Source: Gemmatimonadales bacterium (GTDB taxonomy: Bacteria > Gemmatimonadota > Gemmatimonadetes > Gemmatimonadales > GWC2-71-9). Taken from it: DNA of 34,023 bases. Below, piece by piece: positions 26,060-34,023 of the stretch. Positions within the stretch are counted from its first letter, which is position 1; each line of letters begins with the position of its first letter. The position numbers were made by a program, and so were the translations under genes. The notes under the pieces were generated by a model that saw only the letters and a list, made by a program, of their open reading frames with translations, searched no databases and was not told the origin of the DNA. The stretch lies in assembly GCA_035700905.1 (NCBI GenBank), contig DASSOD010000158.1, positions 1 to 34,023 on the forward strand, in the 5' to 3' direction.

Positions 26060-27616
26060 TCACTCCCACTCGATGGTGGCGGGCGGCTTCGAGCTCACGT
26101 CATACACTACGCGGTTCACCCCGTCCACCTCGTTGGCGATCCGGTTGGCGGCCCGCGCGAGCACCTCGGGCGGAAACGCGTACCAGTCGGCGGTCATCCC
26201 GTCGCGGCTGGTGACCGCCCGGAGCGCCACGACCTGGTCGTAGGTGCGCCCGTCGCCCTGCACGCCCACCGAGCGGATCGGCAGCAGCACGGCGAACGCC
26301 TGCCAGATCTCGTCGTACAGCCCGGCGGCGCGGATCTCCTCGACGTAGATGTGGTCCGCGCGGCGCAGCACCTGAAGGCTGGCGGCGGTCACCTCGCCCA
26401 GGATCCGGATGGCGAGCCCCGGCCCCGGGAAGGGGTGCCGGCCGACGATCTCCTCCGGCAGTCCCAGCTCGCGGCCCACCTGCCGCACCTCGTCCTTGAA
26501 CAGCTCACGCAGGGGCTCCAGCAGCTTGAACGGGAGCCGCTCCGGCAGGCCGCCCACGTTGTGGTGGGTCTTGATCGTGACCGACGGACCGCCGCGGGGC
26601 GACACCGACTCGATCACGTCGGGGTAGAGCGTCCCCTGCACCAGGAATCCGACGTCCGGCCCCACCCGCTTCGCCTCGCGCTCGAACACCTCGATGAACG
26701 TGTGGCCGATCCGCCGTCGCTTCTCCTCCGGGTCGGTCACGCCATCGAGCCGCTCGAGAAACACATCGGCGGCGTCCACCACGCGGAGGTCGATCCCGAG
26801 GTGGCGGCGGAAGGTGGTCTCGACCTGGTCCCGCTCGTGCAGGCGCAGCAGGCCGTGGTCCACGAAGATGCAGGTGAGCCGGTCGCCGATGGCGCGGTGG
26901 ACCAGCACCGCGGCGACCGACGAGTCCACCCCGCCGGAGAGGCCGCAGATCACGCGCTGCCCGGGCGGCACGAGCGAGCGGATCCGCTCGACTTCCTCCT
27001 CGATGAAGTGCCCCGGCGTCCAGTCGGGGGTGCAGCCGCAGATGCCGAAGAGGAAGTTGTCGATGATCTCGCGGCCGCGCGGCGTGTGCGCCACTTCCGG
27101 ATGGAACTGCACCGCGTAGAGCGGGCGGGTCTCGTGCTCGATCGCCGCGATGGGGGCGTTGGGACTCGACGCGGTCACGTGAAACCCGGGCGGCGGCGCC
27201 TCCACGTGGTCGCCGTGGCTCATCCACACCGGAGTTTCCTCCCCCACGCCGAATCCCTCGAACAGCCGCCCGCCCTCGATCGTGACCGTCGCGCGGCCGT
27301 ACTCCCGGCGCTCGGCCGGCACCACGCGGCCGCCCGTGAGGTGCGCCATGAGCTGCATGCCGTAGCAGAGACCCAGGACCGGCGTGCCCCCCTCCAGGAG
27401 CGCCGGATCGGCGGTCGGCACGTCGTCGCCGTACACCGAGGCGGGCCCGCCGGAGAGGATGATTCCCTTGGGGCCCCACCGGCGGATCCACTCCACGCTC
27501 CGGGTGGGAGGGTGGATCTCGCAGTAGACGTGCGCCTCGCGGACCCGCCGTGCGATGAGCTGCGTGAACTGGGAGCCGAAGTCGATGATCAAGATCCGGT
27601 CGTGCCGTGTGGTCAC
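26060..27616 (-). CDS. guaA: GMP synthase (glutamine-hydrolysing)
   Basis: GATase nucleophile GLCYGMQ, PP-loop [13 protein letters not shown]-terminal ...[13 protein letters not shown] start 27616 overlaps the lysA stop (GTGA). Confidence 0.96.
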   Translation of the reverse strand: MTTRHDRILIIDFGSQFTQLIARRVREAHVYCEIHPPTRSVEWIRRWGPKGIILSGGPASVYGDDVPTADPALLEGGTPVLGLCYGMQLMAHLTGGRVVPAERREYGRATVTIEGGRLFEGFGVGEETPVWMSHGDHVEAPPPGFHVTASSPNAPIAAIEHETRPLYAVQFHPEVAHTPRGREIIDNFLFGICGCTPDWTPGHFIEEEVERIRSLVPPGQRVICGLSGGVDSSVAAVLVHRAIGDRLTCIFVDHGLLRLHERDQVETTFRRHLGIDLRVVDAADVFLERLDGVTDPEEKRRRIGHTFIEVFEREAKRVGPDVGFLVQGTLYPDVIESVSPRGGPSVTIKTHHNVGGLPERLPFKLLEPLRELFKDEVRQVGRELGLPEEIVGRHPFPGPGLAIRILGEVTAASLQVLRRADHIYVEEIRAAGLYDEIWQAFAVLLPIRSVGVQGDGRTYDQVVALRAVTSRDGMTADWYAFPPEVLARAANRIANEVDGVNRVVYDVSSKPPATIEWE

Positions 27617-28851
27617 GCTGCCTCTGGTCCGGGGGTGTCGGGGGTCATGCGCTCGTGGCGCAGCAGGTCATCGATGGTCTCGCGGGGGCGGGAGACCCAC
27701 CAGCCGCCGCCGTCGACGATGACCTCGGGCGGGCGGGGCCGCCCGTTGTAGGTGGAGGCCATCACGAAGCTGTAGGCCCCGGCGCCGAGGAGCGCCACGC
27801 GCTCGCCCGGCTCGATCCGCGGCTGGAGCCGGTCGAGGGCCAGGAAATCGCCCGTCTCGCAGACCGGCCCGACCACGTCCACCCGCTCCGGGGGGCGTCC
27901 CCCGGCCTCGAGCTCGACGATCTCGTGATACGCCTGATAGAGGCTGGGACGGATCAGGTCGTTCATGCCCGTGTCGAGCACCACGAAATCCTTCCCGCCC
28001 GAGTGCTTCCGGTAGAGCGCGCGGCCGAGCAGCACGCCCGCCGGTCCCGCGAGATACCGTCCCGGCTCGAGCACGACCGTCATGCCGCTGGTCCGGAGCC
28101 GCGGCAGCAGGGCCGCGGCGTACCGCGCCGGCTCGAGCACGGGCTCGCCCTCGTACCGGATCCCGAGCCCGCCGCCCAGGTCGAGGGTCGCGAGCGCCCG
28201 GGCGCCGAGGGCGCGGATCTCGTCCGCGAGCGCAAGCAGCCGCTCGAGTCCCTGGGCGAAGGGCGCCGGATCGCGGAGCTGGCTCCCCAGGTGCATCGCG
28301 AGCGCGGTGAGCTCGAGGCGCGGGTGCCCGAGCACGAGCCGCGCGGCCGCCGGCGCCTGATCGGCCGGGATGCCGAACTTGAGACCGCTGCGCCCGGTGG
28401 CGATGTAGGGGTGGGTGTCGGCCGTGACGTCCGGATTGACCCGGAGCCCGACCGCCACGGCGCGGCCTTCCTCGTCCGCCACGGCGGCGAGCGCATCGAT
28501 CTCCGAAGCGGACTCGACGTTCACCTGGCCGACGCCCGCCCGCACCGCCGCGCGCAGCTCGTCGGGCCGCTTCCCCACCCCGCTGAACACGATCCGGTCG
28601 GGCGCAAAGCCCGCGGCCAGGGCGCGCGCCAGCTCTCCCGCGGACACGAGGTCCGCGCCGGCGCCCAGCTCGCGCAGCGCCCGGAGAACCGCGAGGTTGC
28701 CGTTGGCCTTCACCGCGAAGCAGATCCGGTGCGGCACCGGGGCCATCGCGCCGGCCAGGGCGCGGTAGCGCTCGCGGATCACGGGGAGCGCGTAGACGTA
28801 GGCGGGCGTCCCGACCGCCTCCGCGATCTCGGTGAGGCGCACCCCGTCCAT
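27613..28851 (-). CDS. lysA: Diaminopimelate decarboxylase
   Basis: [15 protein letters not shown]-Lys context CFAVKANGN, and a C-terminal CETGD block. ATG 28851 is chosen; GTG 28869 is also possible. The ORF-track extension to 29064 overlaps proS and is rejected. Confidence 0.92.
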   Translation of the reverse strand: MDGVRLTEIAEAVGTPAYVYALPVIRERYRALAGAMAPVPHRICFAVKANGNLAVLRALRELGAGADLVSAGELARALAAGFAPDRIVFSGVGKRPDELRAAVRAGVGQVNVESASEIDALAAVADEEGRAVAVGLRVNPDVTADTHPYIATGRSGLKFGIPADQAPAAARLVLGHPRLELTALAMHLGSQLRDPAPFAQGLERLLALADEIRALGARALATLDLGGGLGIRYEGEPVLEPARYAAALLPRLRTSGMTVVLEPGRYLAGPAGVLLGRALYRKHSGGKDFVVLDTGMNDLIRPSLYQAYHEIVELEAGGRPPERVDVVGPVCETGDFLALDRLQPRIEPGERVALLGAGAYSFVMASTYNGRPRPPEVIVDGGGWWVSRPRETIDDLLRHERMTPDTPGPEAA

Positions 28852-28919
28852 GAGCAACGACGGGCCCACGCGTGTGAGCCCGGCATCGGCGAGCAGCGCC
28901 TCGACCCGTCCCTCCGCGC

Positions 28920-30368
28920 TCAGTACGCCTTGGCCCACACCGCCTCCGCCACGCTCGGCCGGTCGCACCACATGCACCGGGCGGGCGCTTCGGGCGAGCG
29001 GAACTCCTCGTCCGGCAGCACCCGGATGGTGGCCTTGGTCTGGTCCTTGATCTCCGCCTCGCACGCCGGGCTCCCGCAGAATCCGCCGTACGCGAACCCG
29101 CCCGTGCCCTCCATGAACTCGAGGAACTGCGCCTTGGTCACGTTGCGGATGGTGTGGGCGTCGCGCCGCCGGATCGCGGCCTCGAGCAGGTCGTGCTGCA
29201 TCCGATCCATCTCGCCGAGCATCCGCGGGCCGAGATCGTTCATCGGCAGCGACTCCTTCTTGCCGCCGGTCCGCCGGGCCAGCGTGACGGTGTGCGCGGC
29301 GACGTCACGCGGGCCGATCTCCAACCGCAGCGGCACGCCCCGCGCCTCCCACTCGTAGTACTTGGCGCCGGGCTTCATGCCTTCACGCGCGTCCAGGTGC
29401 ACCCGCACGCCGGCCGCATGCAGCGCGCGGCGCACCCGCTCGGACGCCTCGAGCACGGCGGCGCGCTCCTCGTCGGTGCGGTAGATCGGGACCACCACGA
29501 CCTGGTATTGGGCGAGGCGCGGCGGGCAGACCAGCCCGGTGTCGTCGCCGTGGGTCATGATCAACGCGCCCACGAGGCGGGTGGAGACGCCCCACGAGGT
29601 GTTCCAGACGAAGTCGACATCGCCGGCGGCGGTCTGGAACGTGACCTCGAACGCCCGGGCGAAGTTCTGCCCGAGGTTGTGGCTGGTGCCGGCCTGCAGG
29701 GCGCGGTTGTCCTGCATCAGCGCCTCGCAGCTGTAGGTGCGGAGCGCGCCCGCGAAGCGCTCGCTCTCGGTCTTGCGGCCGGTGACCACCGGCATGGCCA
29801 TCCAGCCTTCCATGAAGGTGCGGTAGACCTTGAGCATGCGGAGCGCCTCCTCCTCCGCCTCGTCCTCCGTTGCGTGCGCCGTGTGGCCCTCCTGCCAGAG
29901 GAACTCCGTCGTCCGGAGAAAGAGCCGGGTGCGCATCTCCCACCGGACGACGTTGGCCCACTGGTTGATGAGCAGCGGCAGGTCGCGGTAGCTCTGGATC
30001 CACTTGGCGTACATCGCGTAGATGATCGTCTCGGAGGTGGGGCGCACGACCAGCGGCTCCTCCAGCTCCTTGCCGCCGCCGTGGGTCACCACCGCCGTCT
30101 CCGGGGCGAACCCCTCCACGTGCTCCGCCTCCCGCGAGAGAAAGCTCTGCGGGATGAAGAGGGGGAAGTACGCGTTCTGGTGCCCGGTCGCCTTGAACAT
30201 GTCGTCCAGCGCCCGCTGCATCTGCTCCCAGATGGCGTACCCATTGGGCCGGATCACCATGCAGCCGCGCACCGGGCTGTAGTCCGCCAGCTCGGCGCGC
30301 ATGATCACCTCGTTGTACCACGCGCTGAAGTCCACCGCGCGCGGCGTCAGCGCCTTGTTCTCAGCCAT
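28920..30368 (-). CDS. proS: Proline--tRNA ligase (archaeal/eukaryote-like type lacking the bacterial insertion domain)
   Basis: 482 aa from ATG 30368. FSAWYNEVIMRAELADYSPVRGCMVIRPNGYAIWE, class-II motifs, and a C-terminal Cys-containing domain (CGSPACEAEIK...CMWCDRP) ending in ...WAKAY. Confidence 0.94.
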   Translation of the reverse strand: MAENKALTPRAVDFSAWYNEVIMRAELADYSPVRGCMVIRPNGYAIWEQMQRALDDMFKATGHQNAYFPLFIPQSFLSREAEHVEGFAPETAVVTHGGGKELEEPLVVRPTSETIIYAMYAKWIQSYRDLPLLINQWANVVRWEMRTRLFLRTTEFLWQEGHTAHATEDEAEEEALRMLKVYRTFMEGWMAMPVVTGRKTESERFAGALRTYSCEALMQDNRALQAGTSHNLGQNFARAFEVTFQTAAGDVDFVWNTSWGVSTRLVGALIMTHGDDTGLVCPPRLAQYQVVVVPIYRTDEERAAVLEASERVRRALHAAGVRVHLDAREGMKPGAKYYEWEARGVPLRLEIGPRDVAAHTVTLARRTGGKKESLPMNDLGPRMLGEMDRMQHDLLEAAIRRRDAHTIRNVTKAQFLEFMEGTGGFAYGGFCGSPACEAEIKDQTKATIRVLPDEEFRSPEAPARCMWCDRPSVAEAVWAKAY

Positions 30369-30409
30369 CGACCGGAAATGGGTGGAAAGACGGGCCCGAG
30401 GCCCGGGCG

Positions 30410-31711
30410 TCACGCCGCACGCGCGCTCCGGGTCAGCTGGATCACGATCTCGCCGCGGGCGACGGGACGCTGCGTTTTCGCGCCGAGGTCCTTGAGCTGC
30501 ACCTCGCCGCGGGCGCGGTCGTCCGGGCCGATGACCACGGCGACCTTGGCGGCCCGCGCGTCGGCCAGCCTGAGCTGGCGGGCGATCGGCTGCCCGCCCA
30601 GCGCGTACTCGACCGAGAGACCGGCGTCGCGCAGCTCGTGCGCCAACGCGAGCGCATCGGGCACGTCGCCCTCGGTGACCGCCGCGACGAACACCTCGAT
30701 GCCCGCCGCGCCCGCGGGGGCGAGGCCCTTCTCGCGCAGGAGCTCCCCGAGCACCACGTCGCCCATCCCGAAGCCGAGGGCGGGCAGGTCCACGCCGCCG
30801 AGGGCGCCGAGCAGGTGGTCGTAGCGGCCGCCCCCGCAGATCGCGCGAAGGGTGCGGCCCGCATCGAACAGCTCGAACACGGTCCCGGTGTAGTACGCGA
30901 GTCCTCGCACCACCGCGAGGTCCACGTCCACGAACCCGGCCAGGCCCATCGCCTCGAGCGCCGCGAGCACGCGCCGCAGCGGCTCGAGCGCGCCCGGGTC
31001 GGCCCCGGCGCGGCCAAACGCCCGCGTGACGGCGTCGAGGCCCTTGAGGCTCGCCACCTCGAGCGTCATTTCCACCGCCGCCGGGCCGAGCCCCGCCGCC
31101 ACGAGCTGCGCCCGCACCTCGTCGCGCGGAGTGCGCTCCAGCCGGTCCACCGCCTGGAACGCCTCGCCCAGGCGCTCGTCCGGCACCCCCGCCGCCGCGA
31201 GCAGCGCTCGGAGCACCCGCCGGTCGGAGAGCCGGAGTCGCACCTCTGCCGGCCCGAACCCGAACGCGCGCATCACGTCGATCGCGAGCGCCACGACCTC
31301 GGCGTCGGCCAACGGGCCCGGCTCGCCGATCAGATCGCAGTTGAGCTGGAAGTGCTCCCGCAGCCGTCCCCGCTGCTGCCGCTCGTAGCGGAAGAGCTGC
31401 GGGATCGAGAACCAGCGGATCGGCTTCTTGAGCCCGTTGGCCCGCGCCGAGACCATCCGCGCGAGCGTCGGCGTCATCTCGGGGCGGAGCGCGACGCGGC
31501 GGCCGCCCTTGTCCTCGAAGTTGTAGAGCTGGCCCACGATCTCCGGGCCGCTCTTCGCGGTGTAGAGCTCCAGCGGCTCGAGCGGCGGGCCGTCGTACTC
31601 CTCGAAGCCGTAGCGCGCGGCCACGCTGCGCCACGTCCGGAAAATGTGCGCCCTGAGCGCGAGATCGTCGGGGTAGAAATCGCGAAAGCCCGGCAGGGCT
31701 TGGGGTTTCAT
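30410..31711 (-). CDS. hisS: Histidine--tRNA ligase
   Basis: 433 aa from ATG 31711. MKPQALPGFRDFYPDD, FRYERQQRGRLREHFQ, CGGGRYDHL. Confidence 0.95.
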   Translation of the reverse strand: MKPQALPGFRDFYPDDLALRAHIFRTWRSVAARYGFEEYDGPPLEPLELYTAKSGPEIVGQLYNFEDKGGRRVALRPEMTPTLARMVSARANGLKKPIRWFSIPQLFRYERQQRGRLREHFQLNCDLIGEPGPLADAEVVALAIDVMRAFGFGPAEVRLRLSDRRVLRALLAAAGVPDERLGEAFQAVDRLERTPRDEVRAQLVAAGLGPAAVEMTLEVASLKGLDAVTRAFGRAGADPGALEPLRRVLAALEAMGLAGFVDVDLAVVRGLAYYTGTVFELFDAGRTLRAICGGGRYDHLLGALGGVDLPALGFGMGDVVLGELLREKGLAPAGAAGIEVFVAAVTEGDVPDALALAHELRDAGLSVEYALGGQPIARQLRLADARAAKVAVVIGPDDRARGEVQLKDLGAKTQRPVARGEIVIQLTRSARAA

Positions 31712-31718
31712 GGCGCGG

Positions 31719-31747
31719 ATAATAGCGGCATCCGGCGGACCTGAGAA
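31719..31747 (-). promoter_or_regulatory. Candidate promoter for hisS (TTCTCA - 17 nt - TATTAT on the minus strand), leaderless geometry
   Basis: Reverse complement of 31719-31724 is TATTAT, 7 nt before the A of ATG 31711. Reverse complement of 31742-31747 is TTCTCA. No SD. Confidence 0.35.
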
Positions 31748-31761
31748 GTGAGCGCGCCGCC

Positions 31762-33006
31762 TCAGAGAAGCGCGATGCCGAGCGCCGACATCACATCGCC
31801 CACGGTGTGGAACGAGCCCGTCACGAGCACCGTGCCGGCGCCGTGCTGCGCCGCGGCGATCGCCTCCGCGAAGTCGGGCACCAGGCTCCATGCGGCGCGC
31901 GCCGGCGGACGGGCTGGATCCCGCAGCCACGCGCGGAGCCACTCGACGTCCCAGCCGCGGCTCGCCGCCGTGGGCGCGCGCGTCAACACCCCCCGGTCGA
32001 TCACCCGGTCCAACTGCACCAGCATCTCGGGCCAATCCTTGTCGCCCAGGATCGAGACGAGGGCGGTGATCGGCCGCGGCACGTCGAGCTCGCCCAACGC
32101 GGCCACCAGCGCGCGGATGCCGTCCGGGTTGTGCGCCACGTCGAAGAGGAAGCGTCCACGCCGGTCGAGTCGGCCCGGGATGTGGGCGGTCGCGAACCCG
32201 GCGGCGACCGCCGCGGCGGTGGGCCGGTACGGCGGCGGAAGCGCCATCAGGACCGCGTGCGCCACGCCGGCGTTCCGCAGCTGGTGGCGCCCGCGCAGCG
32301 CGAGCGGACCGCTCCACTCGTAGTCGGCCGGCACGACGCGCACGTCGGCGCGGGCCTTGGCCTCCTTCCGGCGCACGGCGCACGCCGCCTCGCGCCGCAT
32401 GAGCTCCACGATGGCGGGGCGGGTCTCGCCGACCACGAACGGCGCGCCCGGCTTGGCGATGGCCGCCTTCTCGCAGGCGATCAGCTCGAGCGTGTCGCCC
32501 AGATACTTCATGTGGTCCAGCTCGACCTTCGTCACCGCGCTCACGAGCGGCCGCACCACGTTGGTGCTGTCGAGCCGCCCGCCCATCCCGACCTCCACCA
32601 CGGCGATCTCCGCCCCGCGGGCCGCGAAGTCGGCGAACGCGATCGCGGTGGTGGCCTCGAAGAACGTCGCCGCCCGCTTCCGGATCAGCGGCTCGAGCCG
32701 CGCGGTCCACATCGCCACGGCGGACTCGGCGATCGGCTCCCCGTCCACCCGGATGCGCTCCCGGTACGAGACCAGGTGCGGCGACGTGTAGAGCCCCACG
32801 CGCCACCCCGCCGCACGAAGCGCCGCCGCGATCAGGGTGCACACGCTCCCCTTGCCGTTGGTGCCGCCCACGTGCACCACCGGCATCACCTCGTGCGGGT
32901 CGCCCAGCGACGCCAGGAGCGCGCGCGTCGTGGCCAGCCCGAACTTGATGGTCGTGGTGCGGGGGAAGAGAAACTCGAGCGCGTCCGTGTAGCCGAGCGT
33001 CGTCAT
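31762..33006 (-). CDS. folC: Bifunctional folylpolyglutamate synthase / dihydrofolate synthase
   Basis: Mur-ligase P-loop HVGGTNGKGS, GLYTSPHL, VVEVGMGGRLDSTN. The conserved accD-folC neighbourhood is present. Confidence 0.93.
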   Translation of the reverse strand: MTTLGYTDALEFLFPRTTTIKFGLATTRALLASLGDPHEVMPVVHVGGTNGKGSVCTLIAAALRAAGWRVGLYTSPHLVSYRERIRVDGEPIAESAVAMWTARLEPLIRKRAATFFEATTAIAFADFAARGAEIAVVEVGMGGRLDSTNVVRPLVSAVTKVELDHMKYLGDTLELIACEKAAIAKPGAPFVVGETRPAIVELMRREAACAVRRKEAKARADVRVVPADYEWSGPLALRGRHQLRNAGVAHAVLMALPPPYRPTAAAVAAGFATAHIPGRLDRRGRFLFDVAHNPDGIRALVAALGELDVPRPITALVSILGDKDWPEMLVQLDRVIDRGVLTRAPTAASRGWDVEWLRAWLRDPARPPARAAWSLVPDFAEAIAAAQHGAGTVLVTGSFHTVGDVMSALGIALL

Positions 33007-33113
33007 GCGCGTCCAGAGAGGTGCCGGGACCGGGCGCCCGGACCGCCGAGAGCACGACGCCCCACCCGGCGTCCGCGCGAGTGGGGCGTTGGAGCGACCC
33101 GAGCCTGCGGAGC

Positions 33114-33983
33114 CTACGCGACGTCCTCCACCGGCGGGCGCTGCCCCTGCATGTGCCGGAGAAGTCGGGCCGTGGTCTCCCGAAGCGAGCCGCGCGGGAC
33201 CACGTCGTCGATCTGGCCATGCTCCAGGAGGAACTCCGCGGTCTGGAAGCCGTCCGGGAGCTCCTGGCCGATGGTCTGCTTGATGACGCGCTGCCCCGCG
33301 AACCCGATCACCGCGCCGGGCTCCGCCAGGATGGCGTCGCCCTGCATCGCGAAGGAGGCGGACACGCCGCCGGTGGTCGGATCGGTGAGGATCGAGATGT
33401 AGGGAATGCCGGCCCGGGAGAGCTGCGCCAGCGCGGCCGAGGTCTTGGCCATCTGCATGAGGGAGAGCACGCCCTCCTGCATGCGGGCGCCGCCGGACGT
33501 ACAGACGATGACGAGAGGGATCTTCTTCTCGAGGGAGCGGCGGGCGAGCCGGGCGATCTTCTCGCCGACCACCGAGCCCATGGAGCCGCCCATGAACCCG
33601 AAATTCATCACGCCAAGGTTGATCGGCATGCCCTCGAGCTTGGCGGTGCCCGCGTACATCGCGTCGGAATTACCGGCCTTCTTGCGGGCGGCGGTCAATC
33701 GGTCCGGGTAGTGCTCGAAGCCGAGCGGATCGGCCGACCGCAGATTGGCGTAGAGCTCCCGCCAGGTGCCCGGGTCGGTCAGCAGCTCGACGTACTCCTC
33801 CGCGCTGAACCGACGGTGCCGGCCGCACTCGGGACAGACGTTGAGCGCCTTCTCGAACTTCTCGCGGATATCGACGTGGCCGCAAGCATCGCACTTCTCC
33901 CAGGCATCCGCCGGAATCTCGAGGCGCATGCGTTGGGAGGTACGCGGCTTCCGCTCCTTCTTGAACCATGCCATCACGGCCAT
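33114..33983 (-). CDS. accD: Acetyl-CoA carboxylase carboxyltransferase beta subunit
   Basis: N-terminal zinc ribbon CDACGH...CPECGRH and carboxyltransferase blocks FMGGSMGSVVGEK, SGGARMQEG. ATG at 33983 or 33974. Confidence 0.94.
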   Translation of the reverse strand: MAVMAWFKKERKPRTSQRMRLEIPADAWEKCDACGHVDIREKFEKALNVCPECGRHRRFSAEEYVELLTDPGTWRELYANLRSADPLGFEHYPDRLTAARKKAGNSDAMYAGTAKLEGMPINLGVMNFGFMGGSMGSVVGEKIARLARRSLEKKIPLVIVCTSGGARMQEGVLSLMQMAKTSAALAQLSRAGIPYISILTDPTTGGVSASFAMQGDAILAEPGAVIGFAGQRVIKQTIGQELPDGFQTAEFLLEHGQIDDVVPRGSLRETTARLLRHMQGQRPPVEDVA

Positions 33984-34023
33984 AGCGGTGACTGGGGTCT
34001 GGGGTTCGCGGGGCCACCGGATC

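Noticed and set aside
30369-30409. 6-bp GC stem (CGGGCC-TCG-GGCCCG) followed by UCUUUCC between hisS and proS, as a possible attenuator or terminator.
   Set aside because: The stem is short with a 3-nt loop and only a weak U-tract. There is not enough evidence to call it.
33057-33089. Inverted repeat ACGCCCCA-N17-TGGGGCGT, plus the palindrome CCGGGCGCCCGG (33030-33041), in the accD-folC spacer.
   Set aside because: There is no adjoining U-tract and no recognisable riboswitch or attenuator features. It cannot be distinguished from chance GC-rich self-complementarity without comparative data.

Overview
Very GC-rich bacterial chromosomal window with strong third-position G/C bias. I cannot assign a taxon from sequence alone. 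It is almost entirely core metabolism. Left to right the genes are: trpF(partial)<trpC (minus), lexA (plus), trpD (minus). Next comes an approximately 14-kb run of 14 plus-strand genes with almost no intergenic DNA: truA, htrA-like protease, purB, purC, psd, pssA, purS, purQ, two small unknown ORFs, purL, purF, ppdK. After that: a small minus-strand WYL-like ORF; purE-purK-DUF2911 (plus); an 18-bp tandem repeat block; a class-V aminotransferase (minus); a tmRNA gene with terminator (minus); a translationally coupled dusB-larB-diguanylate cyclase trio (minus); an EIIA(Ntr)-like gene and msrA (plus); then guaA<lysA<proS<hisS<folC<accD (minus). I found no transposase, integrase, phage genes, CRISPR array, toxin-antitoxin pair or recognisable defence system, so there is no convincing self-contained novel system here. 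The least ordinary items are: (1) an orphan larB fused by 4-nt overlaps between dusB and a membrane GAF-GGDEF protein; (2) two small ORFs wedged between purQ and purL; (3) a stand-alone WYL-like protein; (4) lexA sitting antiparallel inside the trp genes; (5) an 18-bp repeat array that duplicates a stop codon; (6) several promoter-like elements placed so that transcription would start on the start codon (leaderless). The supplied ORF track uses ATG, GTG and TTG starts and always takes the longest extension, so many of its N-termini are too long. Many long Arg/Pro/Gly/Ala-rich ORFs in it are antisense or off-frame artefacts of GC richness. All function calls rest on motif recognition by eye, not on searches.
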